Source: Octopus sinensis (Eukaryota). Taken from it: 64,000 bases of DNA. The position numbers and the translations under genes are program-made. How positions within the stretch are numbered: position 1 is the stretch's first letter; each line of letters begins with the position of its first letter. The stretch lies in the NCBI RefSeq assembly GCF_006345805.1, contig NC_043000.1, positions 44,082,001 through 44,146,000 of the forward strand, given 5' to 3'. The notes below the pieces were generated by a model, which was given only the letters and a program-made list of their open reading frames with translations, ran no database searches and had not been told where the DNA came from. Positions 61,446-64,000 of this stretch are shown here, in pieces.

Positions 61446-61870
61446 TTCTCTGGATATGACCAGAAATATAAAATTCGGGTATACAAGGAACCTAGAAACA
61501 TAGCATTATCAAGTAGGATGTAGAGAGATTGTCACAAATCAAACAGGGTGAACACATGGTACAAGGCCGACAAATATCATGGAGTCATGTTTGTAGAGTC
61601 CACAGCCCATGGAAAATTATCCCGAAGATTTAGGAAAATTGTGAAGGAAAGCAAACACAACATTAAGATCGTTGAAAAGCCAGGGAACTCCATCAGATGA
61701 CAGTTATGAAGGACGTATTCCTTTGAGGATTCCATACTGGGTCGATTTAACATCTGCATTTTATCCAAGCACCCGAATGACCCAACACATACTAATAGAG
61801 GAGTACGACCACTTAAATGAAACACCTCCTGTGCTAAATAGGAGATACACGTAGAAGGTAGTGATGCCCC
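61446..61870 (+). mobile_element. Neptune-like PLE fragment (RT thumb/linker)
   Basis: FSGYDQKYK...TWYKADKYHGVMFVESTAHGKLSRRFRKIVKESKHNIKIVEKPGNSI resembles Neptune-type 'WYK..Y.SVLFVP.TP...IKVVEK.G.S'. Confidence 0.65.
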
Positions 61871-61902
61871 AGTACCCACAGTTTATACATACACGTTTCC
61901 TG

Positions 61903-61940
<38 letters not shown>

Positions 61941-63797
61941 TGTATGTGTGGGTATGTGTGTGTGTATGTGTGTGTGTGTGTGTGTGTGTGTATAGGTAAA
62001 TGGATATGTAGGCAAATATAGATAAGAAGAAAGATAGCTACATAGGTAATACGGACGACATGTACATACACATAAATGCACAAAATGAGACGGAAATATG
62101 ATCATATACACACACGCACATTCCACATACACACGCATAAATACACACATATATACATACATAAATGTGCGTATACACATGTACACTGACGCGCAAACAC
62201 GAGTAAAAACAAACAAATAAGAACGTAGCTCCGAAAACGGACAGATTCAACGACTGTTGAAAATTTGCAAGAATCAACGAAAATTTTATAAAAATATTAG
62301 AAATAAATAAGTAAATGAGTGGAGTTTGAACCGGTGAGAGTGTTGATTAATAAGGCATTAAAACAGAATGACAGAGAAAAACGTTGTGTGGGGTATAATC
62401 GAATTAAACGAGGATGAATTGGCCGACACTTATGAAAATGAAATAGAGAGAAAAGTATTTATAAAGGTGGTGATATGAAGAAGAAACTGAATGTGTATAT
62501 TTAATAACTGGTATTGAATATGTTTATTCAGTGTGGTTCAATTGCCTGTATGTCCAAGAATATGCTAAAATCATGAGCTCTGATATCCTTTATGTTATAG
62601 CATACTTTTCATAGGAAATCCACATATCGCCATCAATCGTCTTGTGCTCCAGTTTAAAATCTCAAGAGACACGAACGTTAAGGTAAAACTACTTGAAAGA
62701 AGTCTACGCAGGAATTTTTGAAAACGTGTACTTAATTACTTCCGAAGAAAATTGTAAAATCCTGAAAGATTAATGAACTAATGTTTTAGACAGGAAAGCA
62801 GAAAATTTGAAACAGTTACATTCTATGATCTAGCTATGAGGAAAGGGAAAATTATATCTCAAACAAATACGTCAAGAAATTCGTTTAGTTAAGCACATGA
62901 CGTTACTGAAGGTTAAAAGCACACCGAAACAGTGCAATATATGAACTGCTTTATTGAGAAAATTTGAAAAGTAAATAGACTGCAATCATAGAACTGAATT
63001 TTGGCCAGTGGTGAATGGTTCACAAGTATTAGTGTAACAGGTAAATACAAATTCAGAAAGCTCTGAAATTAGAATTCATTGCCTTACTGGAAACCGAAGT
63101 ACCTATGTTTTTCTATATAGATGTATGGTTACACTTCAGCAAGATTGTTTCCGTTTGGAAAGATACACTGCAGTCATGATGATAGCTATGTAGACAGGTA
63201 GCAAAACTAAATATAACTGTCATTTGACAGGTTCTACATTGCAGAAATGTGTAACGATCTATTTTACACCAGTTCAGAACGTTTAGACGAAGCAGATATC
63301 TCCCGCCAGGATAAGTTCTTTGCAATGTTTGTATATACGTCTAAGATTATATCCGATTATATCTAAAAATCAAGGCTTTAGATATATATGCGCAGAAATG
63401 TCAGTTTAAGGTATTCATAAAAAGATATGAAAACGTGTAATTTCAAGAATAAATTTAAGTTCAAGTAAATATCTTCGATCTTAGCACCTACGCATAGAAA
63501 CAGAATTCAAGAATCTATTAAATAGAGAACATCAGGTATATGTAACACTTGAACACATACTCCATGTAAGATGCAGTGTCATATTCTAAGTTATTTTACT
63601 AACATTGTATACGCCAACACACAGGCGTACTACGTAACTCAGTAACTAATAAAATCTTATACGTATGTATGCGTGTGAATGTTCATTTATACAAGTATGT
63701 ATTTCTCTCCCTCCCTCTTTCCATCTCTCTCTCCTCTACCCCGTCTCTCCTCATTCTCTCTCTCAAAATATATACATATATATATATGTATATGTAA

Positions 63798-63832
<35 letters not shown>

Positions 63833-64000
63833 TATAAAGTGTGTATGTGTGAGAAAGACAAAATTTCAGTAGCAGAGGCAAAATCTGAAAAATGGAAAGC
63901 GATATGTGTGTACGTGAGTGTGCGTATGTGTTCGTGCGTGCGTTTGTGCGTCTATTTATGTATCTATGTAAAGAAAATGAGGAGGAGGAGCTCATATTTG

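Overview
AT-rich, microsatellite-dense animal DNA with no recognisable host gene exon. The repeat families point to an octopus genome (inference). Almost all ORF-track entries are translations of simple repeats. The real content is mobile DNA: a near-full-length decayed Dong/R4-like LINE and three 3' fragments sitting in (TAA)n, Tx1-like LINE pieces, an ORF1-only element with a 23-bp TSD, fragments of three Penelope-like elements (PLEs), many tRNA-derived SINEs, a Helentron-type non-autonomous element, Tc1 and mariner remnants, and a Gypsy LTR/gag remnant. The main result is a set of hammerhead ribozyme (HHR) carrying elements. These are (1) a tandem array of ~352-nt units (8321-9412) with three intact minimal type I HHRs on the minus strand, plus a diverged sister copy with compensatory stem changes; (2) an unrelated 482-nt-unit array (32481-35685) with three intact type I HHRs in head-to-head arrangement; (3) a composite of tRNA-like head + (TAA)n + HHR tail that also follows a PLE GIY-YIG ORF; and (4) HHR-like motifs in a 450-bp foldback and at 3109-3166. 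Items 1 and 2 look like non-LTR retrozymes, which are predicted to make small circular RNAs and be mobilised by PLEs. Coordinates were counted by hand and may be off by a few bases. No searches or folding programs were run.
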